Below, piece after piece: positions 9,182 to 18,772 of a stretch of 61,561 nt of DNA. The stretch comes from an uncultured Thermomicrobiales bacterium. GTDB lineage: Bacteria > Chloroflexota > Chloroflexia > Thermomicrobiales > UBA6265. The stretch is taken from assembly GCA_964244115.1 (NCBI GenBank), contig CAXTHM010000016.1, forward strand, positions 1 to 61,561. Reading direction: 5' to 3'. How positions within the stretch are numbered: position 1 is the first letter of the stretch; each line of letters begins with the position of its first letter. Below the pieces are notes generated by a model. That model had not been told where the DNA came from. It saw only the letters and a list, made by a program, of their open reading frames with translations, and made no database searches. The translations under genes and the position numbers were made by a program.

Positions 9182-10302
9182 CGGACGACCTCGCGGTAGA
9201 CCCGCTCCTGTCGCTCGTTGACCGCCGGCCAGGAGTAGACGTCGGCGTTGGCACGGGCCCGGGCGGCGATCGCGTCGTACGTTGCCCCGTCCGCGCCGAG
9301 CAGGGCGGCGAGCTGGTCGGCCAGGTTGGCCGAGTCGCCGACCGGGAAGCGGCCGCCGCAGTCGAGCGGGACGGTCTCCTTCAACCCGCCGTGGTCGCTG
9401 GCGATCGTCGGCTTGCCGCAGGCCTGGGCCTCGACGGCGGCCATACCGAACATCTCGAACTGCGTCGTCGGCATGACGAAGACATCGGCCATGTTGTAGA
9501 CCGGTGCCAGCCGTTCCTCGGAGACCGCGCCGAGATAGGCCCCGCCGACGGCCTCGATCCGCTCCCGCCAGCGCTCCGGGTCGGCCTGGCCGGTGCCGAA
9601 CTGGCCGATCGGCCCGGCGACCACGAGCTGGGCGTCGTTCCCGCGCTCCCGCAGGATTCGCATGGCCTCGATCAGGACGTGCGTGCCCTTCTGCTCGTTG
9701 ACCCGGCCGACGTAGAGGACGATCTTCCCGGTGAACCCGCCCCGCTCGCGCTCGGTCTGCCCGGCCGCCGGGTCGGGGAAGAACTGGTCGGTGTTGACGC
9801 CGTTGTAGATCACCCGCAGCCGGCTGTTGTCGAGATGCCAGAAGCGGTCCGACTCGTCCCGGCAGTACTCCGAGACCGGGAGCAAGGCGTCGTAGGCGAG
9901 CAGCATCCGCCGGTAGATCGCGTGGAGCGGACCCCGCAACCCACGCCGGAAGTAGAAGTAGTCATAGGACAGGAGCTTCGCCGCCTCGATCCGGCTGGTC
10001 AGGAAGGCGCCCTCGGCCTGGCCGTGGAAGTGGATCACGTCCACCTGCTGCCGGCGCAGGTCGAGCGCGGCCCGGATCTGGAGTTCGATCCAGCTCAGGC
10101 GCGCGCCGGAGCGGCACCGCACGTAGCGGATCTCGATCCCGTGATGATCCTCGCGCCGGGTCCGGTCGGACGGAGAGTAGACGATCACCTGGTGGCCATT
10201 GGCGACCTGCTGGAGGCCGAGCTCGATGATCCGGCGCTGGACGGCCCCGCCGAACGGGTGCAGGACCGGGACGCCGCCGACGCTGACATGAACGATACGC
10301 AT
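9178..10302 (-). CDS. Glycosyltransferase family 4
   Basis: 374-aa ORF. ...ADVFVMPTTQFEMFGMAAVEAQACGKPTIASDHGGLKETV (GT4 C-terminal nucleotide-sugar-binding motif). Confidence 0.85.
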   Translation of the reverse strand: MRIVHVSVGGVPVLHPFGGAVQRRIIELGLQQVANGHQVIVYSPSDRTRREDHHGIEIRYVRCRSGARLSWIELQIRAALDLRRQQVDVIHFHGQAEGAFLTSRIEAAKLLSYDYFYFRRGLRGPLHAIYRRMLLAYDALLPVSEYCRDESDRFWHLDNSRLRVIYNGVNTDQFFPDPAAGQTERERGGFTGKIVLYVGRVNEQKGTHVLIEAMRILRERGNDAQLVVAGPIGQFGTGQADPERWRERIEAVGGAYLGAVSEERLAPVYNMADVFVMPTTQFEMFGMAAVEAQACGKPTIASDHGGLKETVPLDCGGRFPVGDSANLADQLAALLGADGATYDAIAARARANADVYSWPAVNERQERVYREVVR

Positions 10303-10352
10303 CTGACTCCCTTGTATCTGACGGTGTTGGACGATCGACGGGTGGGATGGGA

Positions 10353-11468
10353 TCAGGACAGGAGCCCGCGACCGACGACCAGCGGCTCGGCCCGGTTCAG
10401 GACGAACGCGATGCCCGGGTCGAGTAGCCGGGTCGCGCGGCGGGCCCGGCGCGGCGCCCCCCCCTGGGCCAGCAGGTCGCGGTAGAGCGCCTCATGGGCG
10501 GCGACCATCGCCTCCGGGCGGTACCGGGCGATCGCCGCCGCGCTGGTCGCGGCGCGCTGCTCCGGGCTGGCGGGGTCGGCGAGCCGCTCCCGCAGGGCGG
10601 CCGCCAGCCCATCGACATCGCCGGGCTCGACGAGCCGTTGCTCACCGGCCAGGATCTCGGACACGCCGCCGACATCGGTCGCGATCACCGGCGTGCCGCA
10701 CATCAGCGCCTCGATGATCACGCTCGGCAGCGCCTCGGCGAAGGACGACGAGACCAGCACGCTGGCCGTCCGGTAGCGGTCGGCCAGCTCGGCCGACGAT
10801 TGCATCCCCAGGAAGCGGACCCGGTCGTCGATCCCGAGCGCGACGGCCTGATCCTGGTACATCCCCTCCAGCGCCGAGTTCTGGTAGGCGAGCAGCAGGT
10901 CCGCGTCCGGGTCGACCTGGGCGAACGCCTTCAGCAGGACGTCGACCCCCTTCTGGGGGATCAGTTGCCCGACGAACAGGACCGCCGGCCGCCCCTGGAC
11001 GGCCGATGCCGGGATGGGGCGGTACGCGTACGTCTCCGGCGGGAAGCCGTTCGGGATGACCTCCTCCCGGGGGCGGGCCGACCCGAAGCGCCGGGCATCG
11101 GTCTCCCGTTCCGGGCTGCTCAGGGCGACCATCGCGTCGGCCCGCTCGATGACCAGCTTCGTCATGTGATGGCGGCGGCGGGTGACGCCGTAGTCGCTGG
11201 CCAGCATCGGGTCATGGCTGGAGTAGACGAACGGCGCCGACGACCGCGAGAGCGCCATCCGCAGGGCGGCTCGGCCGAGATGGTGGACATGGACCAGGTC
11301 GTAGCGCTCGTCCGGGTCGAAGGCGTGGTGGCCGACGCCCTGGACGTCCCAGCCGCTGGACCGGAGACCGTTGACGAGCACCGTCTCCGGCGTGAAGGCG
11401 CGGCGGGCGATGTACTCGGCCGGTCGGTCGAAGATGCCACCGACGATGCAGAGGCGGGGCGAGGTCAT
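10353..11468 (-). CDS. Glycosyltransferase family 4
   Basis: 371-aa ORF. ...ASVLVSSSFAEALPSVIIEALMCGTPVIATDVGGVSEIL. Start overlaps the stop of the upstream gene by 4 nt. Confidence 0.85.
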   Translation of the reverse strand: MTSPRLCIVGGIFDRPAEYIARRAFTPETVLVNGLRSSGWDVQGVGHHAFDPDERYDLVHVHHLGRAALRMALSRSSAPFVYSSHDPMLASDYGVTRRRHHMTKLVIERADAMVALSSPERETDARRFGSARPREEVIPNGFPPETYAYRPIPASAVQGRPAVLFVGQLIPQKGVDVLLKAFAQVDPDADLLLAYQNSALEGMYQDQAVALGIDDRVRFLGMQSSAELADRYRTASVLVSSSFAEALPSVIIEALMCGTPVIATDVGGVSEILAGEQRLVEPGDVDGLAAALRERLADPASPEQRAATSAAAIARYRPEAMVAAHEALYRDLLAQGGAPRRARRATRLLDPGIAFVLNRAEPLVVGRGLLS

Positions 11469-14356
11469 GCGGGGCGTCCTTCCAGGGTGGGGACAGGGGG
11501 CTGGGCATAGCGGGGGGCGTTGCGCTCGGATCGCCAGCCGATGAAGCGCAGCCCGAGGTAGACGTAGACCGGCCAGAAGAAGTAGATGAAGATCTGGGAG
11601 GTCGCGGCCAGGCTGCCGGGGATCAGGAAGGCCAGCCAGATCGCGCCGTACTGGGTCATGAAGGTCTGGACGGTGCTGGTCGATGTCTGGAAGCCGCGCT
11701 CCAGCCGGCTGACGATCAGCGCCAGCAGGACGTAGGCGACGATGATCGCCGGCAGCCCGAAGTTGACGTAGAGCTCGGACTGGAACGGCATCACCTGGTC
11801 GTAGAACTCCGGGTAGGGGCCGTAGATCAGCTCATTGAAGAGCAGGAACCCGCTCGCCTCCCGGAACGGCTCCCCGATGATCGGCAGCGGCGAGAGCAGC
11901 GACCCGACCAGTGACCGACCACCGAGGAACCCGTCCGGGATCACCGTCTGCTGGTCGAGTACGAACCCGGTCAGCTGGGGTGAGCCGCCGTAGACCTGCA
12001 GCGTCTCCTCGAGGGAGACGTCCTCCGTCAATGCCGCCGGGTTGGCGATGATGTCGCCGATCCCCCCGTATGCGCTGGTCCGGTACAGTCCCCAGCCGAT
12101 CAGGACGGTCAGACCGACGACCCCACCGATCAGCAGCGTCTTCCACGGGATCCGGCGGACCCGCATCGAGTAGGCGGCGATCAGGGCGATCAGCGGCGCG
12201 GTGAAGGCGCCCCGGTTGTAGTCGAAGCTGGCGTAGACCACGACGATGGCGAGCGCGGCGGCACCGGTGACGACGAGGCGTTGCCGGCGGGAGGCCGTCG
12301 CGGCCCGGCGGTCGGCCCAGAGCCCCCAGAACAGCACGACCGCGAACCCGGCGAAGGGCCGCAGGAACGTGCTGGCCGCTTCGCTCAGCGTGGCCGGCGC
12401 CGTCGAGGGCACCAGGGCCCCCTCCGGTGGGGCGAGGTAGTAGGCGACCAGCCCGCCGAGACTGCCGAAAGCGAGCAGGAAGCCGATCGCCCCGATCGCC
12501 CCGTAGGCGAGCCCGAGCGGGACATGGGCGGGCCGTCGCTCCGGCGTCGGGACGTCGGGGTAGACCCGGCCCGGCCCGGTGCCGCGATTCGACCACTGGA
12601 AGGCGACGCAGTAGGCGACGAAGGCGACGAAGCTGATCAGGATGGCCTGGTCGATACCGTCGGTCGAGGGCAGGTAGGGGAGGTTGCCGATCTCCGGCGC
12701 CTGGCCGTTGATCATCAGCGGCAGGATCAGGCCCTGCAGGATGAAGATGAACAGCACCCAGTTGTGCGGGCAGAGCGGCGTCGCCAGCTTCGGGCGGCAG
12801 GCCGGCAACAGGGCCAGCACGAGCGGCATCCCGATCGCCGGGACGAGGGTGACGACGTAGTTCGGGTCCGGCATCGCCCGGACGAACCAGAGGACCGCCA
12901 GCCAGGCGAAGACGAGCAGGCCGACCAGCGCCCGGTCGAACGGCGCCGTCGGCCGGGCGGTGAGCGAGACCTGGCCGACCCAGGCCGGGCGCAGCCAGCT
13001 CTCCGGCAGCCGCAGCCCCCGGCCGCCGCGCAGCCGGACCGCGACGACCAGGCCGAGCCCGGCGCAGACCGTGCTGTAGGCGATCAACTGGCTGGCCGCG
13101 AGCCCGACGGCGTCCCAGCGCGGGATCAGCACGAACGACAGCCCGATCAGCAGCCCGGCCAGGAGGACGTCGAACGTCAGCCGCCAGTAGATCGAGCCGG
13201 TACTGACCATGACCTGCCCGATCACCTCGTTGAGGGTGATCGGCAGCGCGGCCAGCAGGAGGACGATCAGGACCGTGCTGCCCATCCGGTAGTCGGCCCC
13301 GAGCAGCCCCATCACCGGCCCGGCCAGGAGGATCAGCGTCAGCGACGGGACCGCGACGGCGGCGGCACTGGTCGCGACATTGGCGAAGAAGATCCGGCGG
13401 AACGCGGCATGGTCGCCGGAGCCGTCCAGGTTGGCCAGCATCGGCAGGACGATCCGGGAGACGGCCGTCGGGATGAACAGGACGGCGAAGCTCCAGCGAG
13501 ACGCGGCCGAGAACAGGCCCATCTCGGAGATGCCGCCGGCCTGCTGGGTCAGGAGGATGGTCCCGATCAGCGAGGCCGGCAGCGTCAGGCTGGAGCTGAG
13601 CAGGGCCGGGACGCTGAACCGGAGGAGCGTCACCCAGTGCTTCCGTTCGGCCCGGACGCCATGGGGCAGCCCGGCGATGCGGCGGGCGCTGCGGACCGCC
13701 AGCCGGAGGACACCGGCGCTGAGCGCCTCGGCGATGGCCAGGGCGACGACGGCCCCGGTGACGCCCCAGGTCGCCCCGCCGCCGATCAGGAGTACCGCCG
13801 TCAGGACCCCCTGGGCGATCCCGGCCAGGGCCAGGGAGCGGTAGGCCTCCAGCCCGGTCAGGATGCCCATCTGGGCGCTGTTGATCGCCGCGAAGATCAC
13901 GATCGGCGCCGCGAGCTGGAGCGGCAGGGTCAGCGACGGGTCATCGAAGGCGGCCCGAGCCAGGAGCGGGGCGGCGAAGAACGTGATCAGGGCGAGCAGG
14001 GAGCCAGCCCCGACCGTGATCCGCATGGCGAGGTGGGCGTAGATGCTGGCCAGCGTCGGATCGACGGAGCGGTTGGCGGCGACGAACCGCGTCGCGCTCA
14101 GCCCCAGCCCCAGCCCAGACAGGACCGTGAACAGGGAAAGGGTGTTCTGGACGACGCCGAGCTGCCCGTAGCCGTCCCGGCCGAGCAAGCCGGCCACGAT
14201 CAGCGAGCCGATCACGGGCAGCCCGCGGGCCGCCAGCGCCGCGATCACGGACCAGAGGGCCCCGCGCAGGAACCGCTTCAGCAGGGGCGGCAGCGACCGC
14301 CCACCGGCGGCAGGTTGGGCTGATGATGTCCGATCCCGCTCGACGAGTTGGTCCAT
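11465..14356 (-). CDS. Fusion: Wzx-type flippase (N-terminal ~470 aa) + Wzy-type repeat-unit polymerase-like polytopic domain (C-terminal ~490 aa)
   Basis: 963-aa uninterrupted ORF, hydrophobic throughout. The N-terminal half has the polysaccharide-biosynthesis/MOP flippase pattern (LLKRFLRGALWSV..., ~12 TM segments). The C-terminal half is a second multi-TM module with a large loop, typical of oligosaccharide repeat-unit polymerases. Confidence 0.55.
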   Translation of the reverse strand: MDQLVERDRTSSAQPAAGGRSLPPLLKRFLRGALWSVIAALAARGLPVIGSLIVAGLLGRDGYGQLGVVQNTLSLFTVLSGLGLGLSATRFVAANRSVDPTLASIYAHLAMRITVGAGSLLALITFFAAPLLARAAFDDPSLTLPLQLAAPIVIFAAINSAQMGILTGLEAYRSLALAGIAQGVLTAVLLIGGGATWGVTGAVVALAIAEALSAGVLRLAVRSARRIAGLPHGVRAERKHWVTLLRFSVPALLSSSLTLPASLIGTILLTQQAGGISEMGLFSAASRWSFAVLFIPTAVSRIVLPMLANLDGSGDHAAFRRIFFANVATSAAAVAVPSLTLILLAGPVMGLLGADYRMGSTVLIVLLLAALPITLNEVIGQVMVSTGSIYWRLTFDVLLAGLLIGLSFVLIPRWDAVGLAASQLIAYSTVCAGLGLVVAVRLRGGRGLRLPESWLRPAWVGQVSLTARPTAPFDRALVGLLVFAWLAVLWFVRAMPDPNYVVTLVPAIGMPLVLALLPACRPKLATPLCPHNWVLFIFILQGLILPLMINGQAPEIGNLPYLPSTDGIDQAILISFVAFVAYCVAFQWSNRGTGPGRVYPDVPTPERRPAHVPLGLAYGAIGAIGFLLAFGSLGGLVAYYLAPPEGALVPSTAPATLSEAASTFLRPFAGFAVVLFWGLWADRRAATASRRQRLVVTGAAALAIVVVYASFDYNRGAFTAPLIALIAAYSMRVRRIPWKTLLIGGVVGLTVLIGWGLYRTSAYGGIGDIIANPAALTEDVSLEETLQVYGGSPQLTGFVLDQQTVIPDGFLGGRSLVGSLLSPLPIIGEPFREASGFLLFNELIYGPYPEFYDQVMPFQSELYVNFGLPAIIVAYVLLALIVSRLERGFQTSTSTVQTFMTQYGAIWLAFLIPGSLAATSQIFIYFFWPVYVYLGLRFIGWRSERNAPRYAQPPVPTLEGRPA

Positions 14357-14410
14357 GCGTGGTTCTGCCTGGCGGGTGGTGGCCCAGCGTCGGGTGGGTC
14401 GTCCGTCTCG

Positions 14411-14452
14411 GTCGGCGGTCGGCGGTCGGCGGTCGGCGGTCGGCGGTCGCCG
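14411..14452. repeat. Heptanucleotide tandem repeat (GTCGGCG)x5 plus one imperfect copy
   Basis: Read directly: gtcggcg gtcggcg gtcggcg gtcggcg gtcggcg gtcgccg. It fills the 5' part of the 96-nt spacer between the aminotransferase stop (14453) and the flippase-fusion start (14356). Confidence 0.95.
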
Positions 14453-15649
14453 TTAGCTGGCCGTCGCCGAGCGGAGCAGGCTCTGCTCCAGCCGGGTGCC
14501 GACGAGGTCGACCTGCGCCTGCGTCATGTCCGTGAAGAACGGCAGGGCGATCGTCCGGGCCGCGGCGGCCTCGGTGACCGGGAAGTCGCCGGGCTTGTAG
14601 CCGAAGGTATTGCGGTAGAACGGCTGGAGGTGGATCGGCACGAAATACGGCCGGCTCGGGATGCCGTGGGCGGCCAGCTCCGTGACGAGCCGGTCGCGAT
14701 CGATGCCGTCCTCGGTCCGAATCACATAGACGAACCAGCTCATCCGGGTCGTCTCCGGCGCGACGAACGGCGTCCGGATACCGGAGACGTTCGCGAAGCG
14801 CTCGTCGTACCAGGCGGCGACCTGCGAGCGGCGGTCGAGGATGGAATCGATCCGGGAGAGTTGCGAGCGGCCGAGCGCGGCGCTCATCTCGTCCAGGCGG
14901 TAGTTGAAGCCGAGCCGGACGTGGTTCATCCATGTCCCCTCGTCGTCGCGGCCCTGGTTGGCCTGGCTGCGCATGACCCGGGCGAGGTCCGGGTTGCTGG
15001 TGACGATCATGCCACCCTCGCCGGTCGTCATCTGCTTGTTGGGGTAGAAGGCGAAGATCGCCGTGTCGGCCTCGGCGCCGATCCGGACGCCGTTGCGCTC
15101 GGCCCCGATCGCCTCACACGAATCCTGGACGATCCCGATGCCGTGGCGCTTCGCCAGGGTCGAGATCGCGCCCATGTCGCAGGGCTGGCCGAAGACGTCG
15201 ACCGGGACGAAGGCGCGGGTCCGGGGCGTGATCGCGTCGGCGACCCGCTGCGGGTCCAGGTTGAGCGTGTCGGGGTCGATGTCGGCGAAGACCGGCTTCG
15301 CGCCGACATAGAGGGCGCAGTTGGCCGAGGCGACGAAGCTGAACGGGCTGGTGATGACCTCATCGCCGGCGCCGACCTCCATCGCCGAGAGGCAGAGGTG
15401 GAGGCCGCTGGTACCGCTGTTGACGCCGATCCCCTGGGTCGCCCCGATGTAGGTGGCCATCTCGCGCTCGAAGGCGGCGATCTGCGGTCCCATGCTCAGG
15501 GAGGAGCCCCCGAGGACGCCGAGGACGGCCTCGATGTCGGCGGCGTTCAGCGAGGGTTGCGACATCGGCACGTCGAAGGTGTGCGCGGGAGCGACGGGGG
15601 TGATGGTCTCACCCGGCGAGATCGTCTCGACGGCGTCCATGGTCTGCAT
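14453..15649 (-). CDS. DegT/DnrJ/EryC1 (PglE-type) PLP-dependent sugar aminotransferase
   Basis: ...PMSQPSLNAADIEAVLGVLGGSSLSMGPQIAAFEREMATYIGATQGIGVNSGTSGLHLCL...FAFYPNKQMTTGEGGMIVT (PLP-lysine context xNKxxTxGEGG). Confidence 0.9.
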   Translation of the reverse strand: MQTMDAVETISPGETITPVAPAHTFDVPMSQPSLNAADIEAVLGVLGGSSLSMGPQIAAFEREMATYIGATQGIGVNSGTSGLHLCLSAMEVGAGDEVITSPFSFVASANCALYVGAKPVFADIDPDTLNLDPQRVADAITPRTRAFVPVDVFGQPCDMGAISTLAKRHGIGIVQDSCEAIGAERNGVRIGAEADTAIFAFYPNKQMTTGEGGMIVTSNPDLARVMRSQANQGRDDEGTWMNHVRLGFNYRLDEMSAALGRSQLSRIDSILDRRSQVAAWYDERFANVSGIRTPFVAPETTRMSWFVYVIRTEDGIDRDRLVTELAAHGIPSRPYFVPIHLQPFYRNTFGYKPGDFPVTEAAAARTIALPFFTDMTQAQVDLVGTRLEQSLLRSATAS

Positions 15650-15733
15650 CGGGATGGGCTCCTGACATGGCGTGCATGTCCATGAAAGCGGGAAGGATTC
15701 CCACGGTGGTACGTCATGATGAGGGGTGGCGGA

Positions 15734-18385
15734 TTATCCTGCCGTGCGTAATACGTCCTGATCATGGGAAACGGCGAGGGCCTCACCGTCGGCGTCGATC
15801 ACCATCGCGACGACCGGCAGGGTCTCCTCGGTCCGCTCCTCGATGCGCTCGTCGATCCGGACCGGAGCCGGCAGGGAGCGCGGGGTGCGGTCGGCGGCCT
15901 CGACCAGCCGGAACAGCTCGGTCCGGATCGAGGCGACGTCCTCGGTCAGGGCCAGTTCGCCGAGGCGGTCGAGCTGGGCGGACAGTGCCCGGAGCACCTT
16001 CACCTCCCGGAGCGGCTCCTCGAGGATCGCGATCTTGCTGTGCCGGGTCGGGACCGACACCTCACTGGAGAGGGCGAGCTCTTCGCGGAGCTTCTCGCCC
16101 GGCCGGAGCCCGGTGTAGACGATGTCGATGTCACGGCCGAGGACCATGCCCCGGAGCTCGATCATCCGCTTCGCCAGGTCGAGGATGTAGACCTCCTCGC
16201 CCATGTCCAGCATGTAGACCGCTTCGCTCTCGCCGAAGGCGCCGGCCTGGATCGTCAGGCTGGCCGCCTCGGGAATCGTCATGAAGAACCGGCGCATGTT
16301 CGGGTCGGTGACCGTGACCGGGCCGCCCATGTCGATCTGCTTCTCGAAGGTCGGGATCACGCTGCCGCGGGAGCCGAGGACGTTGCCGAAGCGGACGCAG
16401 CAACCGGACATCCCGGTCTCCCGGACGACCGTCTTGACGGCCAGCTCGGCGGCCCGCTTGGTGGCGCCCATCACGCTGGATGGGCGGACGGCCTTGTCGG
16501 TCGAGATCAGGACGAACCGCTCGACCCCGGCCTTCGCGGCCGCCTCGGCGACGCGGCGGGTGCCGATCGCATTGACGAAGACGGCCTCCTGCGGGTGCTT
16601 CTCCATCATCGGGACGTGCTTGTAGGCGGCGGCGTGGAAGACGATCTGGGGCTGGTAGGCTGCGAAGATCGAGGCCAGCCGCTTGGTGTTGGTCACCGAG
16701 GCGACGACCGAGTGGAACGGGACGTCGATGCCGGCCAGGGTGAGTTCCTGGTTGAGGTCGAACAGGCCGGTCTCGTTGATGTCGAGAGCGATCACTGCCG
16801 CCGGGCTGAACCGGGCCACCTGCCGGGTGAGTTCCTGGCCGATCGAACCGGCCGCCCCGGTGATCAGGACGCGCTTGCCGCTGATGAACGCTTCGGACAT
16901 GCCGTCCAGGGCCTGGACCGGCGGTCGGCCGAGGACCTCGTGGAGGTCGACCCGGCGCAGCTCCATCGGGGCCGACTCGGCCCGGAGCAGCGAGCCGATG
17001 TCGGGCATCGAGAGGACGCGGGCGCTGGAGGTCCGGGCGTGGGCGACGACCCGGGCGTGATCCTCCGGCTTGGCCGAGGGCATCGCGAGGACGACCACGT
17101 CGATGGCGTGGGCCTGGACGAGAGCGGGGATGTCGGCGGTGACGCCGAGGACCGGCTGGCCCTCGATGTGGCGCCCGGTCAGGCGGGACTGGTCGTCCAC
17201 GAAGCCGACCGGGAGGAGGCCGATGTCCTGCCGGCGGGGCAGCGCCAGCGCGAGCAGTTGACCGGCGTTCCCGGCCCCGACGATGAGCGCCCGGGCGAGG
17301 GTGGGGTTGGCGGCGGCGGTGGCCGGCTCGTCGAGTGGGATCTCCACGGCTGTCGGCCCGGCCAGCGCGATCGACGTCGGCGCCCGCCGGAGCAGGTCGC
17401 CGATCGCGGCCGGCAGGCTCGCGAGGAAGGCACCGACCACCTGGATGTCGCGGTGGGGGGCGGCGTGGCGGAGGTAGAACTGATCGAAGCTCTGCTGGAT
17501 CGTCCGGCGATCGCTCAGCCCACGACCGGCGGCGAGATCCCAGCTCAGGACGCCGGGCCGAACCAGCGGGCCGCCGGCGAGCGCCTCGGCGGTCGTGAGC
17601 GGGCCGGCACCGGTGACGAGGGACGGCCCGACGAGGGCGGCCCGTCCGCTCAGGACATCGAGCAGCGCCGGGAGCCGGCCGAGCGGGCCAGCCTCGACCC
17701 GCTCGACCAGGGAACGACCGCCGCGATCCCTGGCGCCGGCCGCCGGCCGCCGGAACCGCAGCAGGCCGGATCGCGGCCCCATGCTGCCCGCCGCGGACCG
17801 CTCCAGCGGCAGCGACCGGGCGGCGACCGCGACGGCGGCGACGACGACGAGCAGCACTGGCAGCGTGACGATCAACAGGAGGCTGGCGACGGCGAGATCG
17901 AAGGTGCGCTTGCCGGCGCTGCCGAGCCACGTCGACGTCAGCGCCGGAGCCTCGGCCGGCATCAGCTCCGGGATCGTTCGGCCGAGCATGCCCTCGATGA
18001 CGTCGTAGGCGGAGTAGACCCGGTTGGGGAGGGCCAGCGCCGGGTCACCGGCCGGCTCGTCCCCGCCAGCCTGGATGACGATGGTGTCGATCGGGAGGGT
18101 CGCCAACAGGGCTGCCGCCGCGGCGGCCGTCTCGACGCGGTGAGTGCGGCGGACGCGCGGGAAGGCGGCGGAATGGGCCGGGCGGGCTGGGCGATCGCCG
18201 GCGCCGAGGAGACTGGCGGCCAGCGCCATCCCGGCGCCGGAGCCGACGATCACGGCGTCGACCACGGCGGAGCGATCGCCGCGCCGGAAACGGCTCGCGA
18301 TCGACGCTCGGGCGGCGGTGGGTACGACGCGTGATCGGGATGTTGTCGAGGTACCGGCAGGCTGTGAGAAGGGGTGGTCGGTCAT
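15734..18385 (-). CDS. PglF/CapD-type UDP-sugar 4,6-dehydratase fused to an N-terminal degenerate WbaP-like phosphoglycosyl-transferase module
   Basis: C-terminal half: KRVLITGAAGSIGQELTRQV...FHAAAYKHVPMME...STDKAVRPSSVMGATKR (CapD/PglF SDR motifs). N-terminal third: GKRTFDLAVASLLLIVTLPVLL...RFRRP...LGRLPALLDVLSGRAALVGPS..., sugar-transferase-like but lacking DE/KFRTM/PRP. Start set at ATG 18385 (GGGAG 8 nt upstream); the track start 18586 adds a low-complexity extension. Confidence 0.7.
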   Translation of the reverse strand: MTDHPFSQPAGTSTTSRSRVVPTAARASIASRFRRGDRSAVVDAVIVGSGAGMALAASLLGAGDRPARPAHSAAFPRVRRTHRVETAAAAAALLATLPIDTIVIQAGGDEPAGDPALALPNRVYSAYDVIEGMLGRTIPELMPAEAPALTSTWLGSAGKRTFDLAVASLLLIVTLPVLLVVVAAVAVAARSLPLERSAAGSMGPRSGLLRFRRPAAGARDRGGRSLVERVEAGPLGRLPALLDVLSGRAALVGPSLVTGAGPLTTAEALAGGPLVRPGVLSWDLAAGRGLSDRRTIQQSFDQFYLRHAAPHRDIQVVGAFLASLPAAIGDLLRRAPTSIALAGPTAVEIPLDEPATAAANPTLARALIVGAGNAGQLLALALPRRQDIGLLPVGFVDDQSRLTGRHIEGQPVLGVTADIPALVQAHAIDVVVLAMPSAKPEDHARVVAHARTSSARVLSMPDIGSLLRAESAPMELRRVDLHEVLGRPPVQALDGMSEAFISGKRVLITGAAGSIGQELTRQVARFSPAAVIALDINETGLFDLNQELTLAGIDVPFHSVVASVTNTKRLASIFAAYQPQIVFHAAAYKHVPMMEKHPQEAVFVNAIGTRRVAEAAAKAGVERFVLISTDKAVRPSSVMGATKRAAELAVKTVVRETGMSGCCVRFGNVLGSRGSVIPTFEKQIDMGGPVTVTDPNMRRFFMTIPEAASLTIQAGAFGESEAVYMLDMGEEVYILDLAKRMIELRGMVLGRDIDIVYTGLRPGEKLREELALSSEVSVPTRHSKIAILEEPLREVKVLRALSAQLDRLGELALTEDVASIRTELFRLVEAADRTPRSLPAPVRIDERIEERTEETLPVVAMVIDADGEALAVSHDQDVLRTAG

Positions 18386-18685
18386 GATTGGAGCTCCCGC
18401 TGCGCCATGGTCCGCGCTCCGCTCCGCCGGCCGAGGCCAGACGTCGGTGCGCGACCACGAGGATGACGACTGCGATTGAGCGGGCGCCGGCATGTTCCGG
18501 GTGATCCCGCTCGGCGCTCGGCGGTGGCTCGGTCGCTGTCCGGTCTGGGCGCGCTCGGGAGCCCGGACCAACGCAGACGCTTCCACCGGACGATACGCCC
18601 GGTCCCCTCACCGGCCCCCGAACGTGGGGGCTGACCGGAGGTGGACCCGTTCGCTGCTGTCTTGCCGCGGCTCGAGAAGGCGACG

Positions 18686-18713
18686 AAAAACCGAACCCAT
18701 GGGGGTTCGGTTT
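18686..18713 (-). terminator. Intrinsic terminator-like hairpin in the 5' leader of the glycan operon
   Basis: Minus strand: AAACCGAACCC-CCAT-GGGTTCGGTTT followed by TT (11-bp stem, 4-nt loop, run of 5 U). It lies ~100-128 nt downstream of the promoter-like element at 18821-18849 and ~300 nt upstream of the 18385 start. Confidence 0.55.
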
Positions 18714-18772
18714 CACCACTCGCTCCATCCCGCCCAGGTGACCACATACAGGCGGGAGTTCTCAGCTCCCAT
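18713..18772 (-). other. 19-codon mini-ORF (MGAENSRLYVVTWAGWSEW) ending in the first base of the terminator stem; possible leader peptide
   Basis: Own translation of the minus strand: atg gga gct gag aac tcc cgc ctg tat gtg gtc acc tgg gcg gga tgg agc gag tgg tga. Three Trp in the last 7 codons. No obvious Shine-Dalgarno, so weak. Confidence 0.2.

Noticed and set aside
12281-14323. 680-aa plus-strand ORF, and similar giants at 15764..18334 (+), 18875..20581 (-), 43267..45591 (+), 51978..54077 (-), 58035..59720 (-), 46794..48233 (+), 9391..10485 (+) and 10494..11510 (+)
   Set aside because: These are antisense shadow ORFs typical of ~70% GC DNA. Their products are Arg/Gly/Asp/Pro-rich with no motifs, and each fully overlaps a motif-bearing gene on the other strand.
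18386-18586. Upstream start (18586) for the PglF-like fusion
   Set aside because: The extra 67 residues (MEASALVRAPERAQTGQRPSHRRAPSG...) are low complexity. ATG 18385 has a GGGAG RBS at proper spacing. This is not excluded experimentally.
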